64,000 nucleotides of DNA from a bacterium (lineage in GTDB: Bacteria > UBA8248), in the NCBI GenBank assembly GCA_965204535.1, contig OZ241996.1:288001-352000 (forward strand), read 5' to 3'. The notes below the pieces were generated by a model. That model was given only the letters and a program-made list of their open reading frames with translations, was not told the DNA's origin and did not search any database. The translations under genes were made by a program, and so were the position numbers. This document shows, piece by piece, positions 36,888 through 49,409 of this stretch. Every line of letters begins with the position of its first letter. Positions within the stretch are counted from its first letter, which is position 1.

Positions 36888-37289
36888 ATGAGCATGACGG
36901 ATCCCATTGCCGATCTTCTGACGCGCATTCGCAATGCGGTGCGGGCGGGCCATGATAGCGTCGAGATTCCGGGCAGCGAACTCAAGGCGCGAGTCGTCGG
37001 AATCCTGAAGTCCCAGGGCTACATCAAGGGATACGATGTCGAACCGGGTCCGACGGGACAGACGCGGATCAAGGTGGCGCTCAAGCCGCCCCAGGACGGC
37101 AAGCTGGTGTTGAGCGGCCTCAAGCGCGTCAGCAAGCCCGGCCTCCGCGTGTACGTGGACAAGGAGTCGGTTCCCAAGGTGCTCAACGGCATGGGAATCG
37201 CCATTCTCACGACGTCGAGAGGCGTGGTGACGGATGAGGAAGCGAGGAACCTGGGGGTCGGCGGTGAAGTTCTCTGTGAAATTTGGTGA
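36888..37289 (+). CDS. rpsH: 30S ribosomal protein S8
   Basis: DPIADLLTRIRNA, SKPGLRVY and GGEVLC motifs. Confidence 0.98.
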   Translation: MSMTDPIADLLTRIRNAVRAGHDSVEIPGSELKARVVGILKSQGYIKGYDVEPGPTGQTRIKVALKPPQDGKLVLSGLKRVSKPGLRVYVDKESVPKVLNGMGIAILTTSRGVVTDEEARNLGVGGEVLCEIW

Positions 37290-37299
37290 GGTGGTTTGA

Positions 37300-37845
37300 A
37301 TGTCACGCATCGGAAAAATGCCGATTCCCATCCCCTCGGGCGTCGAAGCGAAGCTCGATGGACGGAAAATCTCCGTCAAAGGGCCCCTGGGCGAACTCGA
37401 CCTCGAGTTGCACCACAGGCCGAAGGTGGAGATAGATGACGGGAACATCGTCGTCACGCGCGTCAGCGAATCGCGCCAGGACAAATCGCTCCACGGCCTC
37501 ACGCGCTCGCTGATCGCCAATATGGTCGAAGGCGTGACGAAAGGGTTCGAGAAGGAACTCGAGATAATCGGCTTGGGATACCGCGTGGAGGCGAGGGGCG
37601 AGGGAGTCGTCCTGAACGTGGGATATTCGCATCCGGTGAGCATCGAACCGATCGAGGGCATCACCTTCGAGGTGCAGAGCGACCGCAACCGGACGGCGAT
37701 CAAGGTGAAGGGCATCGACAAGCAGTTGGTGGGCTGGGTGGCCGCCGAAATCCGCAAGGTGAAGCCCCCCGAGCCGTATAAGGGCAAGGGCATCCGCTAT
37801 GCGGGCGAGACGGTTCGCCGCAAGGTCGGCAAGGCCGGCGTGTAG
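37300..37845 (+). CDS. rplF: 50S ribosomal protein L6
   Basis: MSRIGK and PEPYKGKGIRY motifs. Confidence 0.99.
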   Translation: MSRIGKMPIPIPSGVEAKLDGRKISVKGPLGELDLELHHRPKVEIDDGNIVVTRVSESRQDKSLHGLTRSLIANMVEGVTKGFEKELEIIGLGYRVEARGEGVVLNVGYSHPVSIEPIEGITFEVQSDRNRTAIKVKGIDKQLVGWVAAEIRKVKPPEPYKGKGIRYAGETVRRKVGKAGV

Positions 37846-37862
37846 CGCGGGAGGTTTGAGAA

Positions 37863-38243
37863 GTGGGTCGATTGACGAAACTCGAGGCGAGGCGCAAGCG
37901 AAAGGTGAGAATCCGCAAGAAGAGCCGCGGAACGGGCGAGCGTCCTCGTTTGACGGTTTTCAGGAGCGATGGACACATCTACGCCCAGGTGATTGATGAC
38001 GTCTCGGGCCGGACCCTGGCCGCGGCCTCTTCGCGCGAGAAGAATTTCGCCTCCGAGGCGAAGGAAGTCGAAAACGCGGGCGGGAGCAACGTGGCGGGCG
38101 CCGCCATCGTCGGCAAGCTGCTGGCCGGTCGCGCGAAGGCCAAGGGTGTGGAAAAAGTGGTTTTCGATCGCAACGGCTATCTCTATCATGGCCGCGTGAA
38201 GGCGCTGGCCGACAGCGTGAGAGAGACGGGGGTGAGTTTCTGA
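37863..38243 (+). CDS. rplR: 50S ribosomal protein L18
   Basis: RPRLTVFRS and [12 protein letters not shown] motifs. Confidence 0.98.
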   Translation: MGRLTKLEARRKRKVRIRKKSRGTGERPRLTVFRSDGHIYAQVIDDVSGRTLAAASSREKNFASEAKEVENAGGSNVAGAAIVGKLLAGRAKAKGVEKVVFDRNGYLYHGRVKALADSVRETGVSF

Positions 38244-38920
38244 TGGCGCGAGACGCAAGACGAGGCCGGGACAGGGAGCCGGAGAATCCTGAAGAGCGTG
38301 AATTCATCGACCGGGTCATCTACGTGAACCGCGTGGCCAAGGTGGTGAAGGGCGGCAGGCGCTTCAGTTTCAGCGCCCTGGTGACCGTCGGCGACAGGAA
38401 GGGCCAGGTCGGCATCGGAATGGGCAAGGCGAACGAGGTGCCCGAAGCCATCCGCAAGGGCGTGGAGAAGGCCCGCAAGGCGATGGTGAAGGTGGCCCTC
38501 GACCATGAGACCATCCCCCACCAGACGATGGGCAAATACGGCGCGGGCCGTGTGCTTCTCAAGCCGGCGGCGCGGGGAACGGGCGTCATCGCCGGCGGCC
38601 CCGTGCGCGCGGTTCTGGACGTCGCCGGGGTGCGCGACATATTGACGAAGTGCATCGGCACGAACAACCCGCACAATGCGGCCAAGGCGACGCTGCAGGG
38701 CTTGAGTTCGCTGCGCAACAAGGAAGAAGTTTTGGCGCTCCGGGGAATCGGCGTCGAAGATGACGCCGCCGAAGACGCAGAGACGGAGGACACCGAGACA
38801 GCGGCAGTAGAGGCGGAGGCCGCGGCGGAAGATGCCTTGGATAGCGGCGCCGCAGCCGACGAAGCAGGTGACGCCGACGATGCGAGCGATGACGAAGACG
38901 CCGGCGCGAAGGAAGAATAG
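38243..38920 (+). CDS. rpsE: 30S ribosomal protein S5 with acidic C-terminal tail
   Basis: [12 protein letters not shown] and GTGVIAGG motifs. Confidence 0.98.
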   Translation: MARDARRGRDREPENPEEREFIDRVIYVNRVAKVVKGGRRFSFSALVTVGDRKGQVGIGMGKANEVPEAIRKGVEKARKAMVKVALDHETIPHQTMGKYGAGRVLLKPAARGTGVIAGGPVRAVLDVAGVRDILTKCIGTNNPHNAAKATLQGLSSLRNKEEVLALRGIGVEDDAAEDAETEDTETAAVEAEAAAEDALDSGAAADEAGDADDASDDEDAGAKEE

Positions 38921-38928
38921 AGGGAAAG

Positions 38929-39117
38929 ATGGCGCAGGATAAGCTGAAAATCACCTTGAGAAAGAGCACTTCCGGTTCGAACGTGAAGCAGCGCGCCGTC
39001 TTGCATGGATTGGGCCTGAGGCGGATCAACCAGACGGTCGTGAAGGCGGACAACGCCTGCATTCGCGGCATGGTGTTCAAGATCAAGCATCTCGTAGAAG
39101 TGGAGGAGGGGGCCTAG
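38929..39117 (+). CDS. rpmD: 50S ribosomal protein L30
   Basis: [14 protein letters not shown] and RGMV..IKHLV motifs. Confidence 0.95.
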   Translation: MAQDKLKITLRKSTSGSNVKQRAVLHGLGLRRINQTVVKADNACIRGMVFKIKHLVEVEEGA

Positions 39118-39131
39118 CGCCCCGGGTTCAA

Positions 39132-39640
39132 ATGTCCGAGAACGACGCGACACCGGAAAATTCATATACGGGCCTGGGTGATTTGTCCTCCCCGGACGGG
39201 GCGGTGAAGGCCAGGCGGCGCGTGGGCCGCGGTACGGGCTCCGGAAGGGGCAAGACCTCCACACGCGGGCACAAGGGGCAGAAATCGCGTTCCGGCTACA
39301 GCCGAAAAGTCGGTTTCGAGGGTGGTCAGATGCCGCTCCAGCGCCGCTTGCCGAAGCGTGGGTTCAACAACCGCTTCAAAAAAGAGTTCTCCGAGTTGAA
39401 CGTGGGGCGTTTGGGCGTGCTGGCCGAGGGCGTGAACGCCGACGCGGACGCCCTGCGGGCCGCCGGCCTGATTCGAAAAGTAGCGAAAGACGGCGTCAAA
39501 ATCCTGGGTGAGGGCGAAGTGGATCGCGCGGTTCACCTCAAGGTCCAGAAATGCAGCGAATCGGCCCGCCGGAAAATCGAGAGCGCGGGCGGCAGCGTGG
39601 AGATCGTGGCCCTCGCGGCGAAGCCGGAGGATAAAAGCGA

Positions 39641-39644
<4 letters not shown>
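39132..39644 (+). CDS. rplO: 50S ribosomal protein L15
   Basis: GRGTGSGRGKT and FEGGQMPL.RRLPKRGF motifs. Confidence 0.98.
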
Positions 39645-40963
<1,319 letters not shown>

Positions 40964-40964
40964 C

Positions 40965-41594
40965 GTGAAAATGATTCTTCTGGGCCCTCCGGGTTCGGGA
41001 AAAGGCACCCAGGGCGCTGCGCTCTCGAAATCCCTCCAGGTGCCCGAAATCTCGACGGGAGACATGTTGCGTCAGGCGGTGGAGGAGAAGACGGCGCTGG
41101 GCCAGCAGGTGGGGGATGTCATCAACCAGGGCTGCCTCGTGCCGGATGCGCTTATCATTTCGGTGATCGAGGAGCGCATTTCCCGGGCGGATTGCGGGCA
41201 TGGCTTCATCCTGGATGGTTTTCCCAGGACGATTGAGCAGGGCGAGGCCCTGGAGAGAGTCTTGCCGGACAGCGTGGATGTGGTTATCTATTTCAATGTG
41301 TCGAGCGAAGCCGTGGTGGCTCGCCTGGCGGGTAGACTCACCTGCAGGAAATGCGGCGCCGTCTATCCCAAGGTGGACACCTCGCTTTGCTCCGTTTGTG
41401 GAGGAGACCTCTACCAGCGCGAGGACGACATGACGAGCACTGTGCTCCGTCGCCTGGAACTGTACCGGGAGCATACCGAACCGTTGGTGGCGTTTTATCG
41501 CGACAAGGGCAAGCTCGCGGAGATCGACGGTGAGGGCAGCGTTGAGGAAATCGCGCAGAGGGTGGAGGAAGGTATTGCCCAGGTGCTTGCTTGA
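40965..41594 (+). CDS. adk: Adenylate kinase with Zn-type LID
   Basis: GPPGSGKGT, STGDMLR, LDGFPR and CxxC...CxxC LID. Confidence 0.97.
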   Translation: MKMILLGPPGSGKGTQGAALSKSLQVPEISTGDMLRQAVEEKTALGQQVGDVINQGCLVPDALIISVIEERISRADCGHGFILDGFPRTIEQGEALERVLPDSVDVVIYFNVSSEAVVARLAGRLTCRKCGAVYPKVDTSLCSVCGGDLYQREDDMTSTVLRRLELYREHTEPLVAFYRDKGKLAEIDGEGSVEEIAQRVEEGIAQVLA

Positions 41595-42346
41595 TGGCTA
41601 TCATCCTTCGTTCGCGAAAAGAGATAGAGCGTTTACGGGCCAGCAACCGGGTGGTGATGAGCGTCATGGCGCAACTCAAAGAAGCGATTCGTCCGGGTGT
41701 CACGACGCTGGAGTTGGACGCCTTGGCGGAGCGGGTGATTCGGGAGCAAGGGGCCATACCTGCTTTCAAGGGGTACAGGGGCTATCGGCACACCATATGC
41801 GCTTCGATCAATGAAGAAGTAGTGCATGGGGTGCCCTCCGGGAAGAAACTCGAGGAAGGGGATATCGTCAGCGTGGATGTCGGGGCGAAATTGTATGGCT
41901 ACTATGGAGATCATGCCGTTACCTTTCCCGTGGGCGACGTTGATCCCGGGGCGAAGAAGCTCTTGAAATGCTGCGAGGAGTCCCTTTTCAAGGGTATCGA
42001 GCAGGCGAAACCGGGCAACCGGTTGTTTGATATTTCACACGCCGTGCAAAAGCACGCGGAAAACGCCGGGTTTTCGGTGGTACGCGCCTATGTGGGGCAT
42101 GGGGTGGGAACGAATCTTCACGAAGAACCCCAGGTTCCGAATTTCGGCGAACCCGGCACGGGGCCGGAACTGAAGGCGGGCATGGTTCTCGCGATTGAGC
42201 CGATGCTGAACATGGGTGTTCATGACGTGAAGGTTTTAAGCGATGAATGGACAGTCGTTACGGCGGACGAGAAACTCTCCGCGCATTTTGAACATTCCGT
42301 CGCCATCACCGAAGACGGCCCGGATATTCTGAGCCTGGCCGCATGA
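41594..42346 (+). CDS. map: Methionine aminopeptidase type I
   Basis: [21 protein letters not shown] and SAHFEH motifs. Confidence 0.98.
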   Translation: MAIILRSRKEIERLRASNRVVMSVMAQLKEAIRPGVTTLELDALAERVIREQGAIPAFKGYRGYRHTICASINEEVVHGVPSGKKLEEGDIVSVDVGAKLYGYYGDHAVTFPVGDVDPGAKKLLKCCEESLFKGIEQAKPGNRLFDISHAVQKHAENAGFSVVRAYVGHGVGTNLHEEPQVPNFGEPGTGPELKAGMVLAIEPMLNMGVHDVKVLSDEWTVVTADEKLSAHFEHSVAITEDGPDILSLAA

Positions 42347-42630
42347 GGAGACCGCGCCGAGGGGGAAGCCGGAAGCAGAGAAAGCGCGATCAGGCAGAGC
42401 GCGAGGAGAGGGCTCCCAAGGAAGGCGTGATCGAGGTGGACGGGATCGTCGTGGAGCCTCTGCCGAACGCGATGTTTCGCGTTGAACTCGAAGGCGGCCA
42501 CAAGGTGTTGGCCCACATCTCGGGGAAAATGCGGATGCACTTCATCCGGATTCTCCCGGGAGACAACGTCAAGGTGGAGTTGTCCCCTTACGATTTGACG
42601 AGAGGGCGGATAACGAGCCGGTACAAGTAG
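42343..42630 (+). CDS. infA: Translation initiation factor IF-1 with N-terminal extension
   Basis: [15 protein letters not shown] and [10 protein letters not shown] motifs. Confidence 0.96.
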   Translation: MRRPRRGGSRKQRKRDQAEREERAPKEGVIEVDGIVVEPLPNAMFRVELEGGHKVLAHISGKMRMHFIRILPGDNVKVELSPYDLTRGRITSRYK

Positions 42631-42658
42631 GTTTTCAAGCGAGATTTGGAGTCGGGAA

Positions 42659-42772
42659 ATGAAGGTGAGGAGTTCCGTCAAGCCGATGTGTGACAAGTGC
42701 AAGGTCATCCGCCGCAAGGGTGTCGTGCGCGTCTTGTGCTCGAACCCCAAGCATAAACAGCGACAAGGCTGA
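42659..42772 (+). CDS. rpmJ: 50S ribosomal protein L36 (Zn type), absent from the ORF track
   Basis: Hand translation: [37 protein letters not shown]. Confidence 0.97.
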   Translation: MKVRSSVKPMCDKCKVIRRKGVVRVLCSNPKHKQRQG

Positions 42773-42803
42773 AGCGGCGGCGAGGAAATAGAGGAGAACG
42801 CGA

Positions 42804-43178
42804 ATGGCCCGTATTGCCGGAGTGGATATTCCCAACGACAAGAACGTCAACATCGCCTTGACGTACATCTATGGAATCGGGCGGACTTCCGCGAACAAGA
42901 TAGTGGAAGAAGCGAATATCAACACCTTCTCCAAGGTGAAGGACCTCTCCGAAGCCGAGGTGCAGACCTTGCGCGAGATTATCGAGCGCGGCTATGCGGT
43001 GGAGGGCGACTTGAGGAGCCGGGTGACGATGAACATCAAGCGATTGATGGACATCGGCACCTACCGGGGCCTCCGGCACCGCCGTGGATTGCCCGTTCGC
43101 GGGCAGAGAACCCACACGAATGCGCGCACCCGCAAAGGGCCGCGTAAGACGGTGGGCGCAAAGAAAAAAGACAACTGA
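42804..43178 (+). CDS. rpsM: 30S ribosomal protein S13
   Basis: MARIAGVD and [18 protein letters not shown] motifs. Confidence 0.99.
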   Translation: MARIAGVDIPNDKNVNIALTYIYGIGRTSANKIVEEANINTFSKVKDLSEAEVQTLREIIERGYAVEGDLRSRVTMNIKRLMDIGTYRGLRHRRGLPVRGQRTHTNARTRKGPRKTVGAKKKDN

Positions 43179-43216
43179 TTTTTTTGATTTCGCCTCTATA
43201 GGGTAGGAGATTTCAA

Positions 43217-43618
43217 TTGGCGCAAGCGGGTAGAGGAAAACGCGGTGGAAAGCGCCGTCGTGAACGGAGAGCCATCGGCAAGGGACAGGCTCACATCCTG
43301 GCGACCTTCAACAACACCATGATATCGATCTCCGACACGGGCGGGAACGTGGTTTGCTGGTCGACGGCCGGCGGGCAGGGCTTCAAGGGTTCCCGGAAGA
43401 GCACGCCTTTCGCCGCGCAGATGGCTGCTGCGGATGTCGCCAAAAAAGCGTTGGACCTCGGCGTGACTTCGGTCGAGGTATACGTGAGCGGTCCGGGTTC
43501 CGGCCGGGAGGCGGCGATTCGCTCGCTGGCCGCGGCGGGGCTCGAGGTGAGTCTCATTCGTGACGTAACGCCTATTCCCCACAATGGTTGCCGACCGCGC
43601 AAGCGGCGTCGGGTCTAG
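43217..43618 (+). CDS. rpsK: 30S ribosomal protein S11
   Basis: [11 protein letters not shown] and [11 protein letters not shown] motifs; TTG start. Confidence 0.98.
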   Translation: MAQAGRGKRGGKRRRERRAIGKGQAHILATFNNTMISISDTGGNVVCWSTAGGQGFKGSRKSTPFAAQMAAADVAKKALDLGVTSVEVYVSGPGSGREAAIRSLAAAGLEVSLIRDVTPIPHNGCRPRKRRRV

Positions 43619-43643
43619 GTCAAGGCAAGAGGGAGTCTGAATT

Positions 43644-44276
43644 TTGGCGCGATACAAAGATTCGGTTTGTCGGCTTTGCCGAAGAGAGGGAATGAAGCTC
43701 TTCCTGAAGGGCGACCGCTGCATCGGCGATAAATGCTCTTTCGAGAAACGGAGCTTTCCGCCGGGGCAGCATGGCGCGGCGCGTTCGCGCGGGAAACTGA
43801 GCGAATACGGGCTGCAGCTTCGCGAGAAACAAAAAGCGCGCCGGGTATACGGCGTGCTGGAGAAGCAGTTCCGGCTGTATTACAAAGAAGCCGCGCGGCG
43901 CAAGGGCGTCACCGGCGACAACCTGTTTTCTCTGCTCGAGTCCAGACTCGACAACGTCGTGTTCCGAGCGAGTTTCGCGGATTCGCGCAATCAGGCGCGT
44001 CAACTGGTGACTCACAACCACGTTCGGGTGAACGGCCGGAAGGTGAATCGCCCGGCGTTCGCCGTTCGCAAGGGCGACGTCGTCGAGATTAAAGAGAAAA
44101 GCAAGAAAATTGCGCTGATCGTGCAAAGCGCGGAAAAAGGGAAAGTGCGCGGCGCTCCCGCCTGGCTCGACGTGGACCACGCCGATCTTCAAGCGCGTGT
44201 TCTGGAGCCGCCCAATCTGGTCGACTCTCTGATTGACATCAACGTGCAGCAAATTGTGGAACTGTATTCCAAATAA
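43644..44276 (+). CDS. rpsD: 30S ribosomal protein S4
   Basis: [17 protein letters not shown] and IVELYSK motifs; TTG start. Confidence 0.98.
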   Translation: MARYKDSVCRLCRREGMKLFLKGDRCIGDKCSFEKRSFPPGQHGAARSRGKLSEYGLQLREKQKARRVYGVLEKQFRLYYKEAARRKGVTGDNLFSLLESRLDNVVFRASFADSRNQARQLVTHNHVRVNGRKVNRPAFAVRKGDVVEIKEKSKKIALIVQSAEKGKVRGAPAWLDVDHADLQARVLEPPNLVDSLIDINVQQIVELYSK

Positions 44277-44343
44277 ATGACGAATTTGTTTCGACCTACT
44301 TGTTTCAAAAAGTGGTCAACCGCCGAACGGAGGACCAACGCAG

Positions 44344-45363
44344 ATGACAGCCATTGCTGATCTGGTCAAACCCACCGGCCTGGAGCCCCAGTCGGATAGT
44401 TTGACCGATACTTTCGGCCGTTTTGTCGCCGAACCCCTGGAGCGCGGGTATGGCGTTACGCTGGGCAATGCGCTCCGCCGGGTGATCTTGTCTTCACTGC
44501 AGGGAGCCGCTTTCACGGGCGTGCGCATCGAGGGGGTATTTCACGAGTTTTCGAGCATTCCAGGCGTCATGGAGGATGTGACGGAGATCATCCTGAATCT
44601 CAAGGACATCGTCATCGAGGTGGAATCGGAAACCTTGCCGGTTCACATGCATTACCGGCATTCGGGTTCGGCCGGCGTATTCAAGGCGGGAGACATCAAA
44701 GCCCCTGCGGGCGTGAAGGTGCTGACCCCCGACATCGAGATCGCCAACATGAACGATGAGGCGGAACTCGAAGTGGAACTCGTGGCGAACATCGGCCGCG
44801 GCTACGTTCCCGCGGAGAGAAACGTGGATCTGACGCTCGGCCCCCAGTTCATCCCGGTGGATTCCATCTTCTCTCCCATCCGCCGCTGCACCTTCCAGGT
44901 GGAGAAAACCCGGGTGGGCGACATCACGGACTACGACAAGCTGATTCTCGACGTGGAGACGAACGGAACCATCGCCCCCGTCGATGCGGTCGCCCACGCG
45001 GCGAAGATACTGAAGGACAACCTCCAGATATTCATCAATTTCGAGGAAGAGACCGAGCCCCAGGCGCCCAAGGTGGACGAGCGCAAGCAGAGAATCGTCG
45101 AGAGCCTCAGCAGGAGCGTGGAGGAACTCGAACTTTCGGTTCGCAGCTATAACTGCCTGAAAAACGCGCGTATCCGCACACTGGGCGAGTTGGTGCAAAA
45201 AACCGAGGCCGAGTTGCTGAAAACCAGGAACTTCGGGCGCAAGAGTTTGAATGAAATTCGTGATATCCTCACGGGCATGGGTTTGTCCCTGGGTATGGAT
45301 TTGAGCTATATGGATCTCTCGCCGCTCGATTTGAGCGCGCCGGAAGATTCCGAACAAGAATAG
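44344..45363 (+). CDS. rpoA: RNA polymerase alpha subunit
   Basis: [26 protein letters not shown] and NFGRKSL motifs. Confidence 0.99.
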   Translation: MTAIADLVKPTGLEPQSDSLTDTFGRFVAEPLERGYGVTLGNALRRVILSSLQGAAFTGVRIEGVFHEFSSIPGVMEDVTEIILNLKDIVIEVESETLPVHMHYRHSGSAGVFKAGDIKAPAGVKVLTPDIEIANMNDEAELEVELVANIGRGYVPAERNVDLTLGPQFIPVDSIFSPIRRCTFQVEKTRVGDITDYDKLILDVETNGTIAPVDAVAHAAKILKDNLQIFINFEEETEPQAPKVDERKQRIVESLSRSVEELELSVRSYNCLKNARIRTLGELVQKTEAELLKTRNFGRKSLNEIRDILTGMGLSLGMDLSYMDLSPLDLSAPEDSEQE

Positions 45364-45374
45364 GACATAGATAG

Positions 45375-45797
45375 ATGCGGCATCGATGGCACGGCAGAAA
45401 ACTGGGGCGCACCTCGAAACATCGCGATGCGATGACGAGGAACATGGTGACTTCTCTCATCGACGAGGAGAGGGTGCGAACGACGCTGGCGAAGGCCAAG
45501 GAGGTTCGCCGCCACGCCGAGCGCATCATCACCACGGGCAAGAAGGGCACGCTCCATGCAAGGCGGCAGGTTGCCTCTTATCTCAAGACGCCCGCTGCGG
45601 TCGCCAAGCTCATGGAGACCATCGCCCCGAGATATGCGAAGCGACCCGGCGGCTACACCCGGATTCTGCGCCTCCCTCCCCGGCAGGGAGACGCCGCGCC
45701 CATGGCGCTCCTCGAGTTGGTCGACAGGGACACCACCAGGGAAGAAGAAAGGCGGGAGCGCCGCCGGAAGAGAAAAGAGGCGCAAGGGGAAGCGTAG
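45375..45797 (+). CDS. rplQ: 50S ribosomal protein L17
   Basis: MRH...RKLGR and RPGGYTRI motifs. Confidence 0.98.
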   Translation: MRHRWHGRKLGRTSKHRDAMTRNMVTSLIDEERVRTTLAKAKEVRRHAERIITTGKKGTLHARRQVASYLKTPAAVAKLMETIAPRYAKRPGGYTRILRLPPRQGDAAPMALLELVDRDTTREEERRERRRKRKEAQGEA

Positions 45798-45822
45798 AGG
45801 CCCTCATATGAGAGACTCCCGA

Positions 45823-45851
45823 AAGGAGAGCCGCCGCGGCTCTCCTTTTTT
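45823..45851 (+). terminator. Rho-independent terminator ending the ribosomal protein cluster
   Basis: GGAGAGCCG-CCG-CGGCTCTCC stem followed by TTTTTT. Confidence 0.85.
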
Positions 45852-45867
45852 GTTTGCCTGAAATAAT

Positions 45868-46308
45868 GTGGAGACCGAACCATTGTCCGTTTCGAGAGGA
45901 CGCCCGGATGCAGACGGCTGTTTCGTATGCGGCCCCGAGAACCCGATTGGCCTGAAAATCGCGTTCCGGCTCGACGGCGATGTCTGCCGCGCCGAGTTCA
46001 CGCCGCAGTCCGTTCACCAGGGCTACGACGGCGTCACCCACGGCGGCATCGTCTTCAGCGTTCTCGATGACGTCATGGCGAACTGGCTTTTCCTCCAGGG
46101 AATTCGCGCCTACTCGGCGAGAAGCGAAATCCGCTACCGCGACCCCCTGCCCGTCGGCACCCCCTTGCTGATTGAGGGGAGACTCAAGAAGAAAAAAGGC
46201 AGGTTCGTCGTTATGGAGGGAAAAGCGACCAGAGCGGAAGACGGTCGCGCCGTCGCCGAGGCGGAGAGCACCTTCCATGTCGTGGAAGAGGATGCGGACG
46301 GTTCATGA
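45868..46308 (+). CDS. PaaI-family hotdog thioesterase
   Basis: [12 protein letters not shown] and [11 protein letters not shown]...LDD motifs. Confidence 0.88.
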   Translation: METEPLSVSRGRPDADGCFVCGPENPIGLKIAFRLDGDVCRAEFTPQSVHQGYDGVTHGGIVFSVLDDVMANWLFLQGIRAYSARSEIRYRDPLPVGTPLLIEGRLKKKKGRFVVMEGKATRAEDGRAVAEAESTFHVVEEDADGS

Positions 46309-47420
46309 AAATCGGGCTGCTCAGGGAAATCAAACAGGATGAATACAGGGTCGCCTTGACGCCTGGCGCCGTAGAGGCTCTCGCGGAGGCGGGCCACACC
46401 GTGATGGTGGAAAAGGGCGCAGGCCTCGACGCCGGCATCGCGGATGCGGAATACGAGGCGGTGGGTGCGCATATCGTCTCCTCCGCGGAGGAACTCTGGG
46501 CCGAGGGGGAGATGATCGTCAAGGTCAAGGAGCCCCTGGAGCCGGAGTTTCCGATGATGCGCGAGGGGCAGATTCTGTTCGCCTTTTTGCATCTGGCCGC
46601 CTGCCGGCCCCTGGCGCGCGCACTCATCGAGAGCGGAGCCTACGGCATCGCGTTCGAGACGGTGACCTCGCCCGAAGGCGTTTTGCCGATTCTACAGCCC
46701 ATGAGCGAAATAGCGGGCAGGATGGCCGTCCAGGAGGGCGCCAAGTATCTGGGGAAAAACCTGGGCGGCCGCGGCGTCCTGCTGGCCGGGGCGCCGGGCG
46801 TTCCGCGGGGAAACGTAGTCATCCTCGGAGCGGGCATTGTAGGGAAGAACGCGGCCAAGATTGCAGTGGGCATGCACGCGGGCGTCACGGTTTTCGACAT
46901 CAATCACGCGCGCCTCGAATATATCGACGATATCTTCGACGGTCGGGTCAAGACGCTGGTATCCACGCGCTTTACCATACGCGAAGCCCTGCGCGAGGCG
47001 GATCTGGTCATCGGCGCCGTTTTGGTGCCTGGAGGCCGCACGCCGGTTCTGGTTTCGCGCGAGATGCTGGGGGAGATGAATCCCGGCGCCGTCATCGTGG
47101 ACGTGGCGGTGGACCAGGGCGGCTGCGTGGAGACGATACGGCCCACCTATCACTCGGATCCCACCTACGTCGTAGACGGCGTCGTCCACTACGGCGTGGC
47201 GAACATGCCGGGGGTCGTCCCCCGAACGAGCACCATCGCGCTCTCGAACGCCGTGCTGCCCTACGCCCTGGAACTGGCCAACTCAGGTCTCCAGGAAGCG
47301 GTGAGGCGCAATCCGCACCTCGCCGACGGCCTGAACGTGGCCGAAGGGCGCATCACACACGCGGGCGTGGCGGATGCCCTGCAAATGGAGGGCGCAAGCG
47401 TGGGGGAGGTGTTCGCCTAG
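46305..47420 (+). CDS. ald: Alanine dehydrogenase
   Basis: [29 protein letters not shown] and VANMPG motifs. Confidence 0.96.
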   Translation: MKIGLLREIKQDEYRVALTPGAVEALAEAGHTVMVEKGAGLDAGIADAEYEAVGAHIVSSAEELWAEGEMIVKVKEPLEPEFPMMREGQILFAFLHLAACRPLARALIESGAYGIAFETVTSPEGVLPILQPMSEIAGRMAVQEGAKYLGKNLGGRGVLLAGAPGVPRGNVVILGAGIVGKNAAKIAVGMHAGVTVFDINHARLEYIDDIFDGRVKTLVSTRFTIREALREADLVIGAVLVPGGRTPVLVSREMLGEMNPGAVIVDVAVDQGGCVETIRPTYHSDPTYVVDGVVHYGVANMPGVVPRTSTIALSNAVLPYALELANSGLQEAVRRNPHLADGLNVAEGRITHAGVADALQMEGASVGEVFA

Positions 47421-48124
47421 CCGCCTTCTGCGACCGGGACGCTTGCGCTTTCAAGTGATTTCTTGATGAGGTCCAGTACGAATTTCCCTTGAATTTCCAG
47501 GTGCCTGATCACCAGGCGTTCAGCGGCTCTCGCGTCACCGTCGAGGATGGCATCGAGTATATCCTCGTGCTCGGCCATGGAATTATCGAGACGCCCGGGC
47601 GCGTGAAGCGTGACCACGCGGGTCTTCATGATCTGCTGCCGCAGGTTCCCGATGAGCCCCTGTAGTCTCGAGTTCTCGCAAGCGCTCGTGATGTGGCGGT
47701 GAAAGTCGCGGTTCGCCGCCCAGTATTCGTCCACTTCGCCGCGCTCGTGGTGGCGCTTCAACTGTTCGAAAAACGCATGGAGCGTTTCGTTCGCCCTGCC
47801 TTCGCGAAGATTCGGGGTCGCGAGGCGCGTGGCGAGGCCCTCGAGCACGCTCGTGATGGTGTAGATGTCCAGGACTTCATCTTCGCTCACGAGGCTCACG
47901 TGCGCCCCCTTGTGCGGGACGACGGTGATGTAGCCCTCCGCCGCAAGTTCCCGGAAGGCTTCGCGGAGCGGGGTTCTGCTCACGCCCATCGATTCGGTGA
48001 GCGTCGTCTCGACCAGCTTGTCTCCCGGCTGGAAGATGCCGCTCAGAATGGCGTCTTTTATCTGTTCCGACACCATCTTGCTCAGGGATTTGGGTTTTTC
48101 GATCTGAACGCCCGGTATCCGCAC
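47417..48124 (-). CDS. GntR-family (FCD domain) transcriptional regulator
   Basis: GVSRTPLREA wHTH; FCD motifs NRDFH and AEHEDILDAI. Confidence 0.92.
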   Translation of the reverse strand: MRIPGVQIEKPKSLSKMVSEQIKDAILSGIFQPGDKLVETTLTESMGVSRTPLREAFRELAAEGYITVVPHKGAHVSLVSEDEVLDIYTITSVLEGLATRLATPNLREGRANETLHAFFEQLKRHHERGEVDEYWAANRDFHRHITSACENSRLQGLIGNLRQQIMKTRVVTLHAPGRLDNSMAEHEDILDAILDGDARAAERLVIRHLEIQGKFVLDLIKKSLESASVPVAEGG

Positions 48125-48205
48125 CTCAATCCCCCCGCGAGCCCTTGCGAAGTCTGGGCGCCATAATGGCGGATAAGTCTCCGAAGATTTTCATGCTCCC
48201 GAGCC

Positions 48206-49396
48206 TCACACCACGCCTTCGTCTCGAAGGACGTTTCTTTGCGCCTCATCCATGCCGAGGACGGATTCGAGCACCTCTTCTGTGTGCTGGCCCAGCGTGG
48301 GCGGCGGCGTCCGCACCGCGCCCGGGGTTTCGGAGAGCTTGATGGGTACGCCGGTCACCTTCGTGGGGCCGGCGACGGGCACGTCGATATCCACCACCAT
48401 CTCGCGCGCGAGAATCTGGGGCTCGTTCAACACCTGCTCAAGATTGTTGATGGGGCCGCACGGGATGCCCGCTCCCCGCAGGGTTTCGATCGTTTCTCCC
48501 ACCGTCTTCTCGGCGAAGAAGGGGTCGAGAATCCCCTGGAGCTCCAGGCGGTTGTCCACCCTGTCCTTGTTGACGGCGAATTTGGGGTCTTCCTTGATGT
48601 GCCCCAACCCCATCGCGTCGCAGAACCTGCGCCAGAGGCTGTCGTTGCCCACGCCGAGGTTGAAGTAGCCATCCTGGCACTTGTATGTCTCATACGGCGT
48701 GATGGAGGGATGCTTGTTCCCCCGCCTGGGCGGAAGCTTTCCGGTCCCGAAGTAGTTGTTCGCGTGGTAGGTGAGCAGGGCCACCTGCCCGTCGAGCATG
48801 CCGACGTCGACCATCTGCCCGACGCCCGTTTTCTCGCGGTGGTAGAGGGAGAGCAGAACCCCTTGGGCGGCGAGCATTCCTGCCGTGATGTCCCCAATGG
48901 ATGCGCCAAACTTGCTGGGCGGGCCGTCGGGCTCTCCGGTGATGCTCATGATTCCGCCCTCGCCCTGGATGACCACGTCGAAGCCGGGCTCGTTTTTCCG
49001 GGGGCCGGTCTGGCCGAAGCCCGAGAGCGAGGCGAATATCACCGCCGGGTTGATGCGGTGGATCTCCTCCCAGGAAAACCCGAGCTTGTCCAGCGTGCCG
49101 GGCCGGAAGTTCTCCACGACGACGTCGCCCTTGCGAATCAGATCGCGCAGGAGTTCCTTGCCGCGCTCGTCCTTCAGGTTGAGCGTGAGGCTTTTCTTGT
49201 TGCGGTTAATGGAGATGAAGTATGTGCTCACCCCGTTCAGAAAGGGTGGCCCCCAGCCTCGGGTGTCGTCCCCGCCCTGGGGATGTTCGATCTTGATGAC
49301 CTCCGCGCCCATATCGCCCAGCATCATGGTGCAATACGGGCCTGCGAGAATGCGCGTCAGATCGACTACGCGAACGCCTTCGAGTGGTCCAGCCAT
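48206..49396 (-). CDS. Family III (CaiB/BaiF) CoA-transferase
   Basis: PLEGVRVVDL..ILAGP, NRNKKS, ENFRPG, catalytic-Asp region SIGDITAG, PTLGQHT. Confidence 0.93.
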   Translation of the reverse strand: MAGPLEGVRVVDLTRILAGPYCTMMLGDMGAEVIKIEHPQGGDDTRGWGPPFLNGVSTYFISINRNKKSLTLNLKDERGKELLRDLIRKGDVVVENFRPGTLDKLGFSWEEIHRINPAVIFASLSGFGQTGPRKNEPGFDVVIQGEGGIMSITGEPDGPPSKFGASIGDITAGMLAAQGVLLSLYHREKTGVGQMVDVGMLDGQVALLTYHANNYFGTGKLPPRRGNKHPSITPYETYKCQDGYFNLGVGNDSLWRRFCDAMGLGHIKEDPKFAVNKDRVDNRLELQGILDPFFAEKTVGETIETLRGAGIPCGPINNLEQVLNEPQILAREMVVDIDVPVAGPTKVTGVPIKLSETPGAVRTPPPTLGQHTEEVLESVLGMDEAQRNVLRDEGVV

Positions 49397-49409
49397 GAAT
49401 GTCGCTCCA

